This document shows positions 18,481-28,809 of a DNA stretch of 64,000 nt, in pieces. Position 1 is the first letter of the stretch. Each line of letters opens with the position of its first letter. The notes below the pieces were generated by a model. That model was not told the DNA's origin, made no database searches, and saw only the letters and a program-made list of their open reading frames with translations. Made by a program: the position numbers and the translations under genes. The DNA is from Candidatus Thalassospirochaeta sargassi (lineage in GTDB: Bacteria > Spirochaetota > Spirochaetia > UBA9216): assembly GCA_028532855.1 (NCBI GenBank), contig JAQQAL010000009.1, positions 43,106 to 107,105 on the forward strand, written 5' to 3'.

Positions 18481-19500
18481 ATGAACTATCCCGGATTCGT
18501 CGAACGCGAAGCTCTGGGAGAATCAGAGATTTTCCTTAATTTTCAGGCAGAACTCAGCCGGGCGGCTGGAATAAACAGATCTGTTATGATAATTGGTGAG
18601 AGGGGAACGGGTAAGGAACTTGCTGCTTCAAGGCTGCATTACTTATCCGAACGCTGGGAGGCTCCTTTCGTCACTCTTAACTGCGCAGCTCTGCCGTCGA
18701 CCCTGATTGAGACAGAACTATTCGGACACAGTACAGGCGCCTACACCGGCGCAGGAAAAGCCCGAAAAGGAAGATTTGAAGAGGCCGACGGGGGAACCCT
18801 GTTTCTTGATGAAATGGGGCTGATCCCTCTGGAGGTTCAGGAAAAGATTCTCAGAGTTGTTGAATACGGCAGTTTTGAGCGTGTCGGCAGTTCAAAGACT
18901 GTGGAGGTTGACGTCCGCATTGTCGCCGCCACCAACCAGAACATGCCGGAGCTTTGCGAGCAAAACAAGTTTAAACGGGATTTGCTTGATCGGCTCTCTT
19001 TTGAAGTCCTGTTTCTTCCTCCTCTTAGAGAGCGCGGTATTGATAAAATGCTGCTTGCCGAACACTTCGCCATACGTATGTCCAATGAGCTAGGCCGACC
19101 GCAGGCTCCGGGGTTCTCTGACCGGGTTCGTGAAATAATAGAAACCTACAGCTGGCCCGGAAACATCCGTGAATTGAAGAATGTTGTGGAAAGGGCTGTC
19201 TATAAATGTGAAGACTCCCTTCTTTCTGATCTGACTATAGATCCCTTTGTTAACCCCTACAGTGAACCGGAGGATTCTAAGCTTGAGCAGTCTCCGGGAC
19301 AAGCGGGGTTTGTGGAAAAAACCGTATCCGCACTCCCGAAATTAGGTGATTTCCGTAGCAATATTCGTGAAATTGAGATAAGCTACCTCAAGCGGGCCCT
19401 TGCTGAGAGTGAAAATAATCAGCGTCTTGCTGCAGATAAGTTAGCGCTTACCTACGATCAGTTCAGAGGGCTTTATCGGAAATACAGGGAGGAATTATGA
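18481..19500 (+). CDS. pspF: Phage shock operon sigma54 activator PspF
   Basis: No N-terminal regulatory domain; GERGTGKE, ELFGHSTGAYTGA (GAFTGA-like), LFLDE, WPGNIRELKN, C-terminal HTH LTYDQFRGL. Confidence 0.95.
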   Translation: MNYPGFVEREALGESEIFLNFQAELSRAAGINRSVMIIGERGTGKELAASRLHYLSERWEAPFVTLNCAALPSTLIETELFGHSTGAYTGAGKARKGRFEEADGGTLFLDEMGLIPLEVQEKILRVVEYGSFERVGSSKTVEVDVRIVAATNQNMPELCEQNKFKRDLLDRLSFEVLFLPPLRERGIDKMLLAEHFAIRMSNELGRPQAPGFSDRVREIIETYSWPGNIRELKNVVERAVYKCEDSLLSDLTIDPFVNPYSEPEDSKLEQSPGQAGFVEKTVSALPKLGDFRSNIREIEISYLKRALAESENNQRLAADKLALTYDQFRGLYRKYREEL

Positions 19501-20054
19501 GATTAACAGTTGAAGACAGCATACTGGTAAATATAGATTTTCAGGACAGATTGATGCCGCATATGGTCGGAAGTGATGATCTTGCGGATAGAGTCGCAAG
19601 TCTGATATCAGGTCTTCGGGCCCTCGATGTTCCATCAATCACTACTCAGCAGTATACCAGGGGGCTTGGTTATACCGACAAGAGAATATCGGCTGCCCTT
19701 GGATACGAGAACCCGGAGGAATTACCCTTCATTGAAAAGACAGCTTTCAGCGCCATGGACTGCCCGGAATTTAAGGAAAAGCTTGATGCCTCGGGTCGGA
19801 GAAATGTAATTCTTACCGGAATTGAAGGGCATGTATGTGTTCTTCAGACAACGGTCGATCTAATCGCAGCCGGTTATAATCCGGTTCTCATTGCCGACTG
19901 TGTATCCTCCAGAAAAGAATCTGATTACAGAATCGGTATGAAGCGCTGGGAGGCCGAAGGCGCAATGATAAGCTGTTTTGAATCGATTTTATTTGAGCTG
20001 TGCAGGTACTCCGGAACATCTGTTTTCAAACAGATATCAGCCCTCGTAAAATAG
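19497..20054 (+). CDS. Isochorismatase-family (YcaC-like) hydrolase
   Basis: IDFQDRL, TQQYTRGLG, EKTAFSA, GIEGHVCVLQT. Confidence 0.9.
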   Translation: MRLTVEDSILVNIDFQDRLMPHMVGSDDLADRVASLISGLRALDVPSITTQQYTRGLGYTDKRISAALGYENPEELPFIEKTAFSAMDCPEFKEKLDASGRRNVILTGIEGHVCVLQTTVDLIAAGYNPVLIADCVSSRKESDYRIGMKRWEAEGAMISCFESILFELCRYSGTSVFKQISALVK

Positions 20055-20060
20055 GCCGAT

Positions 20061-20690
20061 ATGTATAGAATTTTATGCTTCGGCGATTCAAATACCTGGG
20101 GTTATAACCCCGCAAACGGTCTCAGATTTTCAGTAAATGAGAGATGGCCCGGTGTGCTGAGGGATAATCTCGGGGCTGGTTTCGAAATTATAGAAGACGG
20201 AATGAACGGCAGAAGGATTCTGGAGGATATCGAAGTTTTTGAATCTTCACTAAACAGTAATTCTCCGCTTGATGTGATTATAATTTATCTGGGTGTAAAC
20301 GATATTTGTTTCGAGAAGGATATAAAACTGTCTGAAATTCTGGATGGAGCACGAGCCTATGTTGAAAAAGTCAAAGACCAGTACAGGGATTTGGGGGACG
20401 CTGCGCCTGAGCTTGTTTTTATAGGCGCGGTGCCTGTAAACGAAGAGCAGATAAATGACGGCCTATATGATATAGAAGCAGGGAAGGTTCTCAGGTTCAG
20501 TGAGGAGCTTCGGGCACTATCTGAGAAGCTGGGCTGCGGTTTTATTGAATCCGGCAGGATAATTGAGTCATCCTCTCTTGATGGCATACATCTTGAAGCG
20601 GGAGAACATCAAAAACTCGGGGCCTTTGTGGCAGATTATGTGCGGAGCTTCCTGAAAAATTCCAGTCTGAACAACATGAAAAATTACTAG
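20061..20690 (+). CDS. SGNH/GDSL hydrolase
   Basis: ILCFGDSNTWGY, GMNGR, LGVND, DGIH. Confidence 0.9.
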   Translation: MYRILCFGDSNTWGYNPANGLRFSVNERWPGVLRDNLGAGFEIIEDGMNGRRILEDIEVFESSLNSNSPLDVIIIYLGVNDICFEKDIKLSEILDGARAYVEKVKDQYRDLGDAAPELVFIGAVPVNEEQINDGLYDIEAGKVLRFSEELRALSEKLGCGFIESGRIIESSSLDGIHLEAGEHQKLGAFVADYVRSFLKNSSLNNMKNY

Positions 20691-21610
20691 GATTTCTCGT
20701 TCTTCTTTGATATTGAAAGCAATTTTGCAAGATCATTAACGGAAGATTTGAGTTTTTTTCTGAAATTCCTCTGGTCTTCATCTACTTCTTCCGGCTTCAA
20801 TGTGCCCCAAGCCTTTATGTTTTCAATGTGTTTTTTGTAGTTTTTCTCAGCCTTGATAAGGCGCTGTTCGATCTTGTCGAGGGTTTTAAGGTTTTCTTTG
20901 CCCTTGTCGTAGCCGCCGAAATTATAGGTTACTACATCGTTATCGAATCTGATCTCACCCTTGAAGGTCCGATAGACATTCAGGCCGATTCCTTTTGCCA
21001 TATAGGCAAGACGTCCCTCTTTTTCGAAGCGTCGAACACTGACATGCACATGGGTTGAATTGAGATACCTCAGAGGCCGGTATTCCGAGGCTCTTTTAAC
21101 AAGGTCATTGTCTTCGGCTACCTTGATGGTTTCATCAAAACCTCCGATTCTGTTGAAAAGTCTTTTTGTGATGAAAATACAGAATCCGAAAGCCTTCGGG
21201 TCTACGCGCAAATTAGCAAGAATGGTCATATTTATAAGTTTGTGAATCACCCTGTCAAGCTGAATATCAGAAATTGGACGGATAGGACAGGTTGCAACAT
21301 CAATATAACGTTCCTGCATCTCCGTATAAAGATTTTTCAGAAAGTGATCCGGGAGTATAACATCTGCATCAAGGAATACCAGAAACTCTCCGGTTGCAGC
21401 CCTTGCTCCGGCATTGCGGCCCGCGCCCGGCATTCCACCGTCTACGACCATTGCCCCGTATTCAACTGCAATTTCTCTGGTGCGGTCGCTTGAAAATGCA
21501 TCTGCGACTATTACTTCGTAATCATCAAAATCCTGAGTTTTTATACTTTCGAGGAGTTTTGGAAGCAGTTCCGCCTCATCCTTTGTCGGAATAACAACAC
21601 TGATCTTCAT
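20687..21610 (-). CDS. Glycosyltransferase family 2
   Basis: ISVVIPTKDE, VADAFSSDRT, GRNAGA, FLDAD, EDNDL. Start 21610 lies 7 nt after TATACT. Confidence 0.9.
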   Translation of the reverse strand: MKISVVIPTKDEAELLPKLLESIKTQDFDDYEVIVADAFSSDRTREIAVEYGAMVVDGGMPGAGRNAGARAATGEFLVFLDADVILPDHFLKNLYTEMQERYIDVATCPIRPISDIQLDRVIHKLINMTILANLRVDPKAFGFCIFITKRLFNRIGGFDETIKVAEDNDLVKRASEYRPLRYLNSTHVHVSVRRFEKEGRLAYMAKGIGLNVYRTFKGEIRFDNDVVTYNFGGYDKGKENLKTLDKIEQRLIKAEKNYKKHIENIKAWGTLKPEEVDEDQRNFRKKLKSSVNDLAKLLSISKKNEKS

Positions 21611-21727
21611 ATCGCAGAGTATATTCCGCCTGATAAAATGAAACAATAGTTTTTATTCACAGTAATTGATAAAAATTGTATAATTAAAATACCTGTGGAT
21701 TTCCGCTTTTTAATGAAGGAGTACTGA

Positions 21728-23020
21728 TTGAAATTTCTGCATACGTCAGACTGGCATCTTGGCGCCCGGCTCGGGGAATACTCCCGGACAGCTGAACAGC
21801 GTCTGGTTCTTGAAGAGATTAATTCAGCAGCTGATAAGCTTGAAGCCGAATTTGTTATCATTGCCGGCGATATTTTCGATAATTTCAATCCTCCGAACGA
21901 GGCCGTAGAACTGCTTTACAAAGAACTTAAAAAGCTGGCCGATGATGGCCGCCGGCCTGTAATAGTAATAGCCGGAAACCATGACTCGCCGGATAGAATT
22001 GAGGCGCCTGATCCGCTGGCTGCTGAATGCGGAATTTTTTTCATCGGCTACCCGGGTTTTATGCGAACAGGGGTGGAGCTTGAATGCGGTACAACAGTCA
22101 ATTTTCCGGAGCAGGGAATTGTTACAATTGATATGCCCGAAAAACCCCAGGTAAGAATACTCACCACTCCCTATGCTAATGAAAACCGGCTTCGTAAACA
22201 GCTGGATGCGGAAAACCGGGAAGAGATGATATCTGCCATTCTCGGTGAAAGATGGGGTTCTCTTGCGGAAAAATACTGTGATAACAAGGGCGTAAACATC
22301 CTGACTGCTCACCTGTTTATGTCGGCCGACAGCGATGCCGGTGAGCTCTTCGCCGAAGCTGATTCCCCGCCGCCGGAAGGAGGCTCCGCCTGGGGTGAGC
22401 CGGACGAAGAGCGCAGTATCCTGCACCCCGGGGGGCTCGAACTGATTGATGCGGCCGTGCTGCCCCCGCAGATACAGTATACTGCGCTCGGACACCTGCA
22501 CCGGCCTCAGACTGTGCGTAAAGGCCGTTCCCCGGTTGTGTACTCAGGCAGCCCGCTTGCATTCGGTTTAAGTGAGGAGAATCAGCGGAAATCAGTTGTT
22601 CTGATAGAGCTTGAACCCGGCGGTATCGCCGCGATACACAGAGAGCCGCTTGACAGCGGAAAAAGAATTCTGCGAAAAACCTTTCCCGGTGTGGACGAGG
22701 CTATAGACTGGCTTTCGGACAATCCGGATGTTTATGTTGAACTGATAATCGAATGTGACAGCTATATCAGTGCGGCTGATCGCGGACGCCTGTATGACTC
22801 GCACAGGGGAATAACGGCTATAATACCTTCGGGCAGGATGCAGGATGGAAAGCAGGGCGGTGTTGAACGCAGCGCACCTGATTTAACCGATTCGATGGAA
22901 GATCTGTTTAAATCATTTTTTGAATACTCAAAAGGCGTGCAGCCCGATGACCGGATTATTGAGCTGTTCAGGGAAGTTGCCGCCCTTGGTGATGAAGCAG
23001 ATGCGGAGGCCTCGGAATGA
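21728..23020 (+). CDS. sbcD: Exonuclease SbcCD subunit D
   Basis: HTSDWHLG, AGDIFD, AGNHDS, ALGHLH, YSGSP; TTG start with AAGGAG. Confidence 0.95.
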   Translation: MKFLHTSDWHLGARLGEYSRTAEQRLVLEEINSAADKLEAEFVIIAGDIFDNFNPPNEAVELLYKELKKLADDGRRPVIVIAGNHDSPDRIEAPDPLAAECGIFFIGYPGFMRTGVELECGTTVNFPEQGIVTIDMPEKPQVRILTTPYANENRLRKQLDAENREEMISAILGERWGSLAEKYCDNKGVNILTAHLFMSADSDAGELFAEADSPPPEGGSAWGEPDEERSILHPGGLELIDAAVLPPQIQYTALGHLHRPQTVRKGRSPVVYSGSPLAFGLSEENQRKSVVLIELEPGGIAAIHREPLDSGKRILRKTFPGVDEAIDWLSDNPDVYVELIIECDSYISAADRGRLYDSHRGITAIIPSGRMQDGKQGGVERSAPDLTDSMEDLFKSFFEYSKGVQPDDRIIELFREVAALGDEADAEASE

Positions 23021-26016
23021 GACCGGAGCTACTTATACTTGAAGGGGTTTACTCCTATAGATTGAGAACTGAGATTGATTTCTCAACCCTCTGCCGTGCT
23101 GATCTCTTCGGTATTTTCGGAAAGGTCGGAAGCGGAAAGTCTGCAATTCTGGAGGCTGTTACCTATGTGCTGTATGGACGGATGGAGCGATTATCAAACA
23201 AGGTTTACTATAACATGATGAACCTCGCTTCGAACCGGATGTATATAGAGTTTATTTTTACAAGCCGTGATAAGCGCTACAGGTTCACCTTTGAAACAAA
23301 GCGAAGCAGGAAGGATTTTGAAAAGGTTGATACCCCGAAGCGGTCCGGTTATGTAATGGAGGATGGAGAGTGGGTTCCTCTCTTTGATAAGGATAATGAG
23401 GTCTCAGCCGAAGACATTGTCGGGTTGAGCTATGATAATTTCAGGCGGACTATAATTGTCCCGCAGGGCCGCTTTCAGGAATTCCTGCAGCTTGGAAAGA
23501 AGGACCGCACCGATATGCTGATGGAGCTGTTCGGGCTTGACCGATTTAACCTCTATTCAAATGCCGCAAGGCTCGCAAATAGAAACAATGAGAAAACAGC
23601 CTCGGCTGAGGGTGAATTATCAGGACTTGTCGATGTCACGGCCTCCGCGCTTGCAGATGCAGAGGCTGAAGCCGAACTTCTTGGTAAACAGCGGGATATG
23701 CTTGCGGCAGAGATTGCTGCCGGTGAAGAAACCCTGAAAGAACTAAATGAGCTGGAATCACTTAGCAACCGCCTTACAGAGGCCAGGGAGACCCTTACTG
23801 AAAAATCAGTTGACAGGGATGTTTACAGCCGCAGGCGGGAAGATTTGCTTGTCTACGAGGATTGTTTTTCCAAATTCAAGTCGGATATCGATATTTTCAG
23901 AATGCTGAAAAAAGACTCTGAAGCCGCTGCCGCTGAACTGCAGCAGGCTAAACAGCAACAGGAGGCCGGCAAAAAGCTGCTTGAGGCCGCTCAGCGCAGA
24001 TTTGCTGCCGCGGAACCCGGCTTTGCTGAGATTGATGGACTTGCAGAACGCGCCGGCTGGTTTGAAGAGCTAGCAGGGCTTGCAGATTTTCGCACTGAAC
24101 TTGATGATTTGAAAAAACGACTTGAAACCGGGAGTTCTGTTAAAACTGAAACCTTTAAGAGTAAAGAGGAGCTGAATAGAAGACTTGAGACATGCAAAAC
24201 CGGAGCAGATGAAGCAGGGGAAGGACTAAGGGATCCTGAAGAGATAAACAGTCTCCGTATGCTTTATGCTTCCATGAACGACGCCCTGGAGGCTGTCGCT
24301 GCATCCGATGTTCTGCTGAAGGCGCTTGAAGAAGAAAAAACTCAGCTTGCAGAACGAATGTCCGGATACTCAGGACTTGAGGCAGAGGAAGATGATCTGA
24401 AGCTCCGTGAGGATAAACTTCGCAGAAAGCAGCTGGATGCGGAAATAAAGCGGGAATTCGCTGAAGCTGCAGCCGGGCTTGTTGACGGGGAACCCTGCCC
24501 AGTCTGCGGTGCTGTAGAGCATCCTGCGCCCGCCTCGGAACTGAGCGTGGATGAGCCGGCTCTCGAGGCTGAGGCCGCGGCGATTGCCTCCGCCTGGTCT
24601 GAGTTGAAAAATCGGGTTGTCGGGTTTCAGAGCCTCACAAACGAGATTGCCGCTGTTGATGGGCGGCTTCGAAGTGAACTTGAGCGCCGTGCTGAGATAG
24701 AATCCGGCCTTGAAGAGATCAAATTCTCATTTAATGACGATTACGGTCCAGGAGATTATGAAGCGTTCAGGGCTGAGGCGGATAATCAGGCTGAAAAAAG
24801 GCGGCGGCGGGATGAGTTAAGGGAAGAGTACGCCCGTCTCTCAGAAGAGCAGGAAAGGCTTAATTCTCGAATTGCCAGACTTAACGAGACCGAGAGCAGG
24901 ATGAAGCTTGAGGCGGCAGCCCTTGAGGCTAAGATTGACAGTGCCGAATCAAGGATAGATGAGGCCTTTCTTTCTGAATACGGGGAGTCTGAAAACCTGA
25001 TCGTATTTGCTGATGAACTCAGGGCTGAAATCAGCGCAGCCCGCAGGGAGTATACAGAGGCGGAAAATGCGCTGAAAGATGCCGAGCTGCAGAACAGTAA
25101 GAATCTGGCTGCAGTTGAACTGCTTGGCCGGAAATCGTATAAACTCGGGCAGGGACTGAAAAAGGCCGAGACGGAACTGAAAGATAAAATTGATAAATCT
25201 GGTTACGACAGTCTGGAGGCTGTTGAGGCTGTACTCAGTCGTAGTCTTGATCCCGCTGCCGAGCGCAGGACTATAGAGGCTTATGAGAAGGGTCTTGAGG
25301 CTGCCCTGGTTGAGGTTAGGGGGCTGGAGCAGCAGCTTGGCAGCCGGATCTTCGATAAATCAGCCTTTGATGAAGCGCTTGGACGACAGCAGCTGCTGAA
25401 AGCGAAGTATGAAAAGGCGGCAACGAGGCTCGGAGAGCTTGGCAGTACAATAAGAAACCTTGAGACAGGACTGGTAAGGAAGGCTGAAATTGAGACTGAG
25501 CTTGAAAGGCTTCGCATAAGAGGCGAAGATCTGTCGCTGCTTAAGAATATCTTTTCGGGAAAGAAATTTATCGACTATGTTGCTACAGTTTATCTCAGGG
25601 AGCTTTGCGAATCGGCAAATATTCGTTTTAGAAAACTCACGCGCGAATCATTGAGGCTTGAACTTGATGAGGGCAATAACTTCATCATAAGAGATTATCT
25701 CAACGACGGGAAAACGCGCTCGGTACGAACCCTCTCCGGAGGCCAGACTTTTCAGGCGGCATTTTCACTTTCGCTTGCCCTTGCCGACAGAATTGGGCGG
25801 GAGCGGGCCGGATTCTTCTTTCTGGATGAGGGCTTCGGCTCGCTTGACAGGGAGTCGCTGTCGCTTGTGTTCGACAGTCTTAAATCGCTGAAAAAGGAAC
25901 GGCGTACTGTTGGGATAATATCCCATGTCGAAGAGCTTAAACAGGAAATTGATACCTGTATTACTGTTGTTAAAGACAGTGAAGAGGGAAGTATAATAAA
26001 TAACAGCTGGACCTGA
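23017..26016 (+). CDS. sbcC: Exonuclease SbcCD subunit C (SMC-like ATPase)
   Basis: GKVGSGKS Walker A, Q-loop VPQGRF, CPVC Zn hook, LSGGQ signature, FLDEGFGSLD, IISH. Confidence 0.95.
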   Translation: MRPELLILEGVYSYRLRTEIDFSTLCRADLFGIFGKVGSGKSAILEAVTYVLYGRMERLSNKVYYNMMNLASNRMYIEFIFTSRDKRYRFTFETKRSRKDFEKVDTPKRSGYVMEDGEWVPLFDKDNEVSAEDIVGLSYDNFRRTIIVPQGRFQEFLQLGKKDRTDMLMELFGLDRFNLYSNAARLANRNNEKTASAEGELSGLVDVTASALADAEAEAELLGKQRDMLAAEIAAGEETLKELNELESLSNRLTEARETLTEKSVDRDVYSRRREDLLVYEDCFSKFKSDIDIFRMLKKDSEAAAAELQQAKQQQEAGKKLLEAAQRRFAAAEPGFAEIDGLAERAGWFEELAGLADFRTELDDLKKRLETGSSVKTETFKSKEELNRRLETCKTGADEAGEGLRDPEEINSLRMLYASMNDALEAVAASDVLLKALEEEKTQLAERMSGYSGLEAEEDDLKLREDKLRRKQLDAEIKREFAEAAAGLVDGEPCPVCGAVEHPAPASELSVDEPALEAEAAAIASAWSELKNRVVGFQSLTNEIAAVDGRLRSELERRAEIESGLEEIKFSFNDDYGPGDYEAFRAEADNQAEKRRRRDELREEYARLSEEQERLNSRIARLNETESRMKLEAAALEAKIDSAESRIDEAFLSEYGESENLIVFADELRAEISAARREYTEAENALKDAELQNSKNLAAVELLGRKSYKLGQGLKKAETELKDKIDKSGYDSLEAVEAVLSRSLDPAAERRTIEAYEKGLEAALVEVRGLEQQLGSRIFDKSAFDEALGRQQLLKAKYEKAATRLGELGSTIRNLETGLVRKAEIETELERLRIRGEDLSLLKNIFSGKKFIDYVATVYLRELCESANIRFRKLTRESLRLELDEGNNFIIRDYLNDGKTRSVRTLSGGQTFQAAFSLSLALADRIGRERAGFFFLDEGFGSLDRESLSLVFDSLKSLKKERRTVGIISHVEELKQEIDTCITVVKDSEEGSIINNSWT

Positions 26017-26038
26017 GAGTCCGGCGAAGGGAGAATCT

Positions 26039-26476
26039 ATGCATCAGGATGAAGGAAATTACGCGGGTAAGCATCCGGCGGAAACCGAGTTGAACGAAAA
26101 GGCGGCAAAGGCTGTGCAGGATAGGGTTCGAAATGAACGGATCACCTGCCTCGCGGCACACGAGGCTGCTGCAGAGGCCGGGGTAAGTCCTGCAGTAATC
26201 GGTCAGACTCTTGATCTTCTTGAGGTGAGGATTAATGGCTGTCAGCTTGGGCTGTTCGGTCATGGAGGAAAGGATCACGGAAAGGCGGAATTCAAGCTGC
26301 CGGAGAATGCTGAAACCCTTATTACTGCTGTTAAAAAAGCTGCCGGACCTGACGGTATAAGCTGTTATGAGTTATGGAAGGCAGCTGAGACTGCAGGCTG
26401 TTCAAAGCAGGATGCAGCCGCCGTCTGTGAAACAGCAGATATAAAGATTAAAGACTGTCAGCTGGGAGCCTTCTGA
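26039..26476 (+). CDS. Hypothetical protein made of two C-x30-CQLGxF repeats
   Basis: Internal duplication visible in the translation; SD GGAGA upstream. Confidence 0.8.
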   Translation: MHQDEGNYAGKHPAETELNEKAAKAVQDRVRNERITCLAAHEAAAEAGVSPAVIGQTLDLLEVRINGCQLGLFGHGGKDHGKAEFKLPENAETLITAVKKAAGPDGISCYELWKAAETAGCSKQDAAAVCETADIKIKDCQLGAF

Positions 26477-26483
26477 CTGGGCT

Positions 26484-27425
26484 TTATTTCCTTTTAAAGT
26501 TGGTCAGGCTGTAGGCGAAATCCCTGAATATCTTTTTGTCGAGTTTGCCGGCGTCCACATCCTTTTTGATGAGTTCAAGAGCGTTCATCGGGCTGAGCGC
26601 TGTCCTGTACGGCCTGTCGTCATTGGTTATAGCCTCGTAGCAGTCGATGATAGAAAGAACCCGGCCGAAGTAAGAAATATCGGTTTTTCCATGCGGATAG
26701 CCTGACCCGTCGAGTTTTTCGTGATGTTCCATGCTGGCTCCGGCGATTTCTACTATCTCCTCTTCCTTGTAGCTTTTCAGAATTTCATAACCTCTGGTCG
26801 TATGTGCTTTAATCTGATCAAACTCATCATCCGAGAGGCGCCTTGTTGCCTTAAGCAGGTAGGGTGGAACCTCCGTTTTTCCTACATCATGCAGCAGGGC
26901 TGCAAGTCCGAGTTTTCTGGTTTGATCTTCAGGCAGCGATACATAGTAGCAGTATCCGATTGTCAGGGCCATCACATTAACTGAATGCAGAGCGGTGGTG
27001 TAATCATTAAATGATATTTTTGCAAAATTCTTGATAACTGCGGGTTTAATTGAAAATCCGTCGACAAGCTGGTTGACCGTCATCGGTACCCGTGTCAGGC
27101 CTCCGGCTCTTGGTGCCGATAGTGTTTCTTCAACAAGTTCGGTCAGGGAGTTTTTGATGTCGCTGAGTTCCGCATTGGATATCTGGTCACGGAGACTGGA
27201 GTTAAACCCCTTCTGTGCGGCCTCAATGCTTTCGAGTCGGTTCTCGGGGTGGATGAAGAATTCATCTATAGCATATTTTCGTTCCAGACTTTCGTGGGTA
27301 AACGACATACCCGCCGGTTTGTATAGTGATATATTTCCTGATGGAGTCCGGTAGTAAAGCGGAATATCATCATAATAATGCAGATGGGTCTTCCTGGCCG
27401 GTATCCACTTCCTGTTCGTTGACAT
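26484..27425 (-). CDS. HD-GYP domain c-di-GMP phosphodiesterase
   Basis: HSVNV, LLHDVGK, HHEKLDGSGYP, RPYR. Confidence 0.9.
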   Translation of the reverse strand: MSTNRKWIPARKTHLHYYDDIPLYYRTPSGNISLYKPAGMSFTHESLERKYAIDEFFIHPENRLESIEAAQKGFNSSLRDQISNAELSDIKNSLTELVEETLSAPRAGGLTRVPMTVNQLVDGFSIKPAVIKNFAKISFNDYTTALHSVNVMALTIGYCYYVSLPEDQTRKLGLAALLHDVGKTEVPPYLLKATRRLSDDEFDQIKAHTTRGYEILKSYKEEEIVEIAGASMEHHEKLDGSGYPHGKTDISYFGRVLSIIDCYEAITNDDRPYRTALSPMNALELIKKDVDAGKLDKKIFRDFAYSLTNFKRK

Positions 27426-27502
27426 TCAACAATGCTCCTCCACAGCTGTTTATAGAATTATATTTTACTACTATTATGATATCAATTTTTTTTAATAAAA
27501 CT

Positions 27503-28744
27503 TTATATTGGCGGAAAAAGATTGTAAAACTGCTCATCTATTTCAATCGGATACAGGTTTGCGAGATGTCCCGATAATCTGCCTGTATAATTATATAATA
27601 TTTTCTCCAGTTTCGATACTGTTGATCTGAAGGAAGTACTGTTGTTTTTTTCAAATTCAGCTACGAATTCATTCTCCCAGGGCCTTGCTGCAATCATTTT
27701 CTTATACAGGAAGCCTTTGAAGTATTCATCAATCTCTTCAACAGGCTGCTGCAAGCTGTAAGCCATATGCTCGTTGACCAGCAGATATTTATTCTCTACA
27801 TCATAATTGCGGTAATCCAGAAGGTGTTTCCAGAACTCGATCTCATCAGAAGAGAGGCTGTCAAAGGCTTCAAACATATCATCACGATAGTCCTCATTTG
27901 TGAAAAATAACCCGTGCAGGCATTCATGCGTTAGAAAGCGGTAACGCCAGTTCGGCAGTGTTTCCCGGGATACAGACAGCACAGCGCCCTTGCCCGCGCT
28001 ATACAGCTCTCCGTCACTGAGAATGATACCATGGCTAAGGAGATGTTCTTTCAGCATAACCTCTTCTGTATTAAGGCTGAACCCGGTTTCTGCGGCCTTG
28101 TTGAAAAATTCGGCAAGGTCCTCGGGTCTGTAATCGTGAGCGTTCCAGCCGTGCTTACCTTCGAGTTCCTCATTTGGGACGAGTCTGCCGGTATAACCCG
28201 GTTTTTCAACAAAGAATGCCAGTCGCTTAAAGAGCCTGGCCTGAGTTTCATAATCGGCCGTATCAAAGATCAGTACCTCGGGAATAAGGTTCCAGCTGTA
28301 AACATTCCATGGTTTGCCGCCGGCTGCAGCAAATTCGGAAAAGATGATATGACCAATATCAGCCTGCTGTACACCTGCTTCATTTTTTTCCGGGCTTATT
28401 TCAGCTGAAAGCAGATCGAAGCTGCTGCCATCCAGTGTGATTGAATGAGGAATTAATCCGGTCATAGAATTATGAAGATCAACCGTAACGGGGGCTGCGC
28501 CGGTAGAAAAGCGAAGCTTGTCGGTATTTTCATCGTTTTTGAGTAAAATACTGCCAGAACCTGATAGTGTCAGCCTTATAACGCTGTTTTCTGGTTTTTC
28601 AATTCCCGACCAATCGGTAAGAAGCTCTGTGCTGTTTTTATGTTTTAGAATAGTAATTCCTTCGGCTGACATTTCCAGCGGAGCGGTTATGATAAAAATC
28701 AGGGCTGTAAAAAGTATTTTATTTACGAATTTTAATCTCTGCAT
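27503..28744 (-). CDS. Exported hypothetical protein with HExxH motif
   Basis: Signal peptide (MQRLKFVNKILFTALIFIITAPLEMSA); FLTHECLHGLFF and a downstream NEHMAY. Confidence 0.75.
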   Translation of the reverse strand: MQRLKFVNKILFTALIFIITAPLEMSAEGITILKHKNSTELLTDWSGIEKPENSVIRLTLSGSGSILLKNDENTDKLRFSTGAAPVTVDLHNSMTGLIPHSITLDGSSFDLLSAEISPEKNEAGVQQADIGHIIFSEFAAAGGKPWNVYSWNLIPEVLIFDTADYETQARLFKRLAFFVEKPGYTGRLVPNEELEGKHGWNAHDYRPEDLAEFFNKAAETGFSLNTEEVMLKEHLLSHGIILSDGELYSAGKGAVLSVSRETLPNWRYRFLTHECLHGLFFTNEDYRDDMFEAFDSLSSDEIEFWKHLLDYRNYDVENKYLLVNEHMAYSLQQPVEEIDEYFKGFLYKKMIAARPWENEFVAEFEKNNSTSFRSTVSKLEKILYNYTGRLSGHLANLYPIEIDEQFYNLFPPI

Positions 28745-28809
28745 AGGTTTAGAATAACATTTCTTGCTTTTCGTTTAAAGACTTCCTATAATTATTTCAG
28801 GAGGCTGAT

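Noticed and set aside
22355-22405. GC-rich, roughly 12-aa loop in SbcD (DSPPPEGGSAWG) that might be a palindromic in-frame insertion element
   Set aside because: The hairpin is imperfect and I found no second copy in the window. A genome-wide repeat search would be needed.
23500-25560. Repetitive GAG/GCT/GAA-rich DNA in sbcC
   Set aside because: Normal coiled-coil coding bias, not a DNA repeat.
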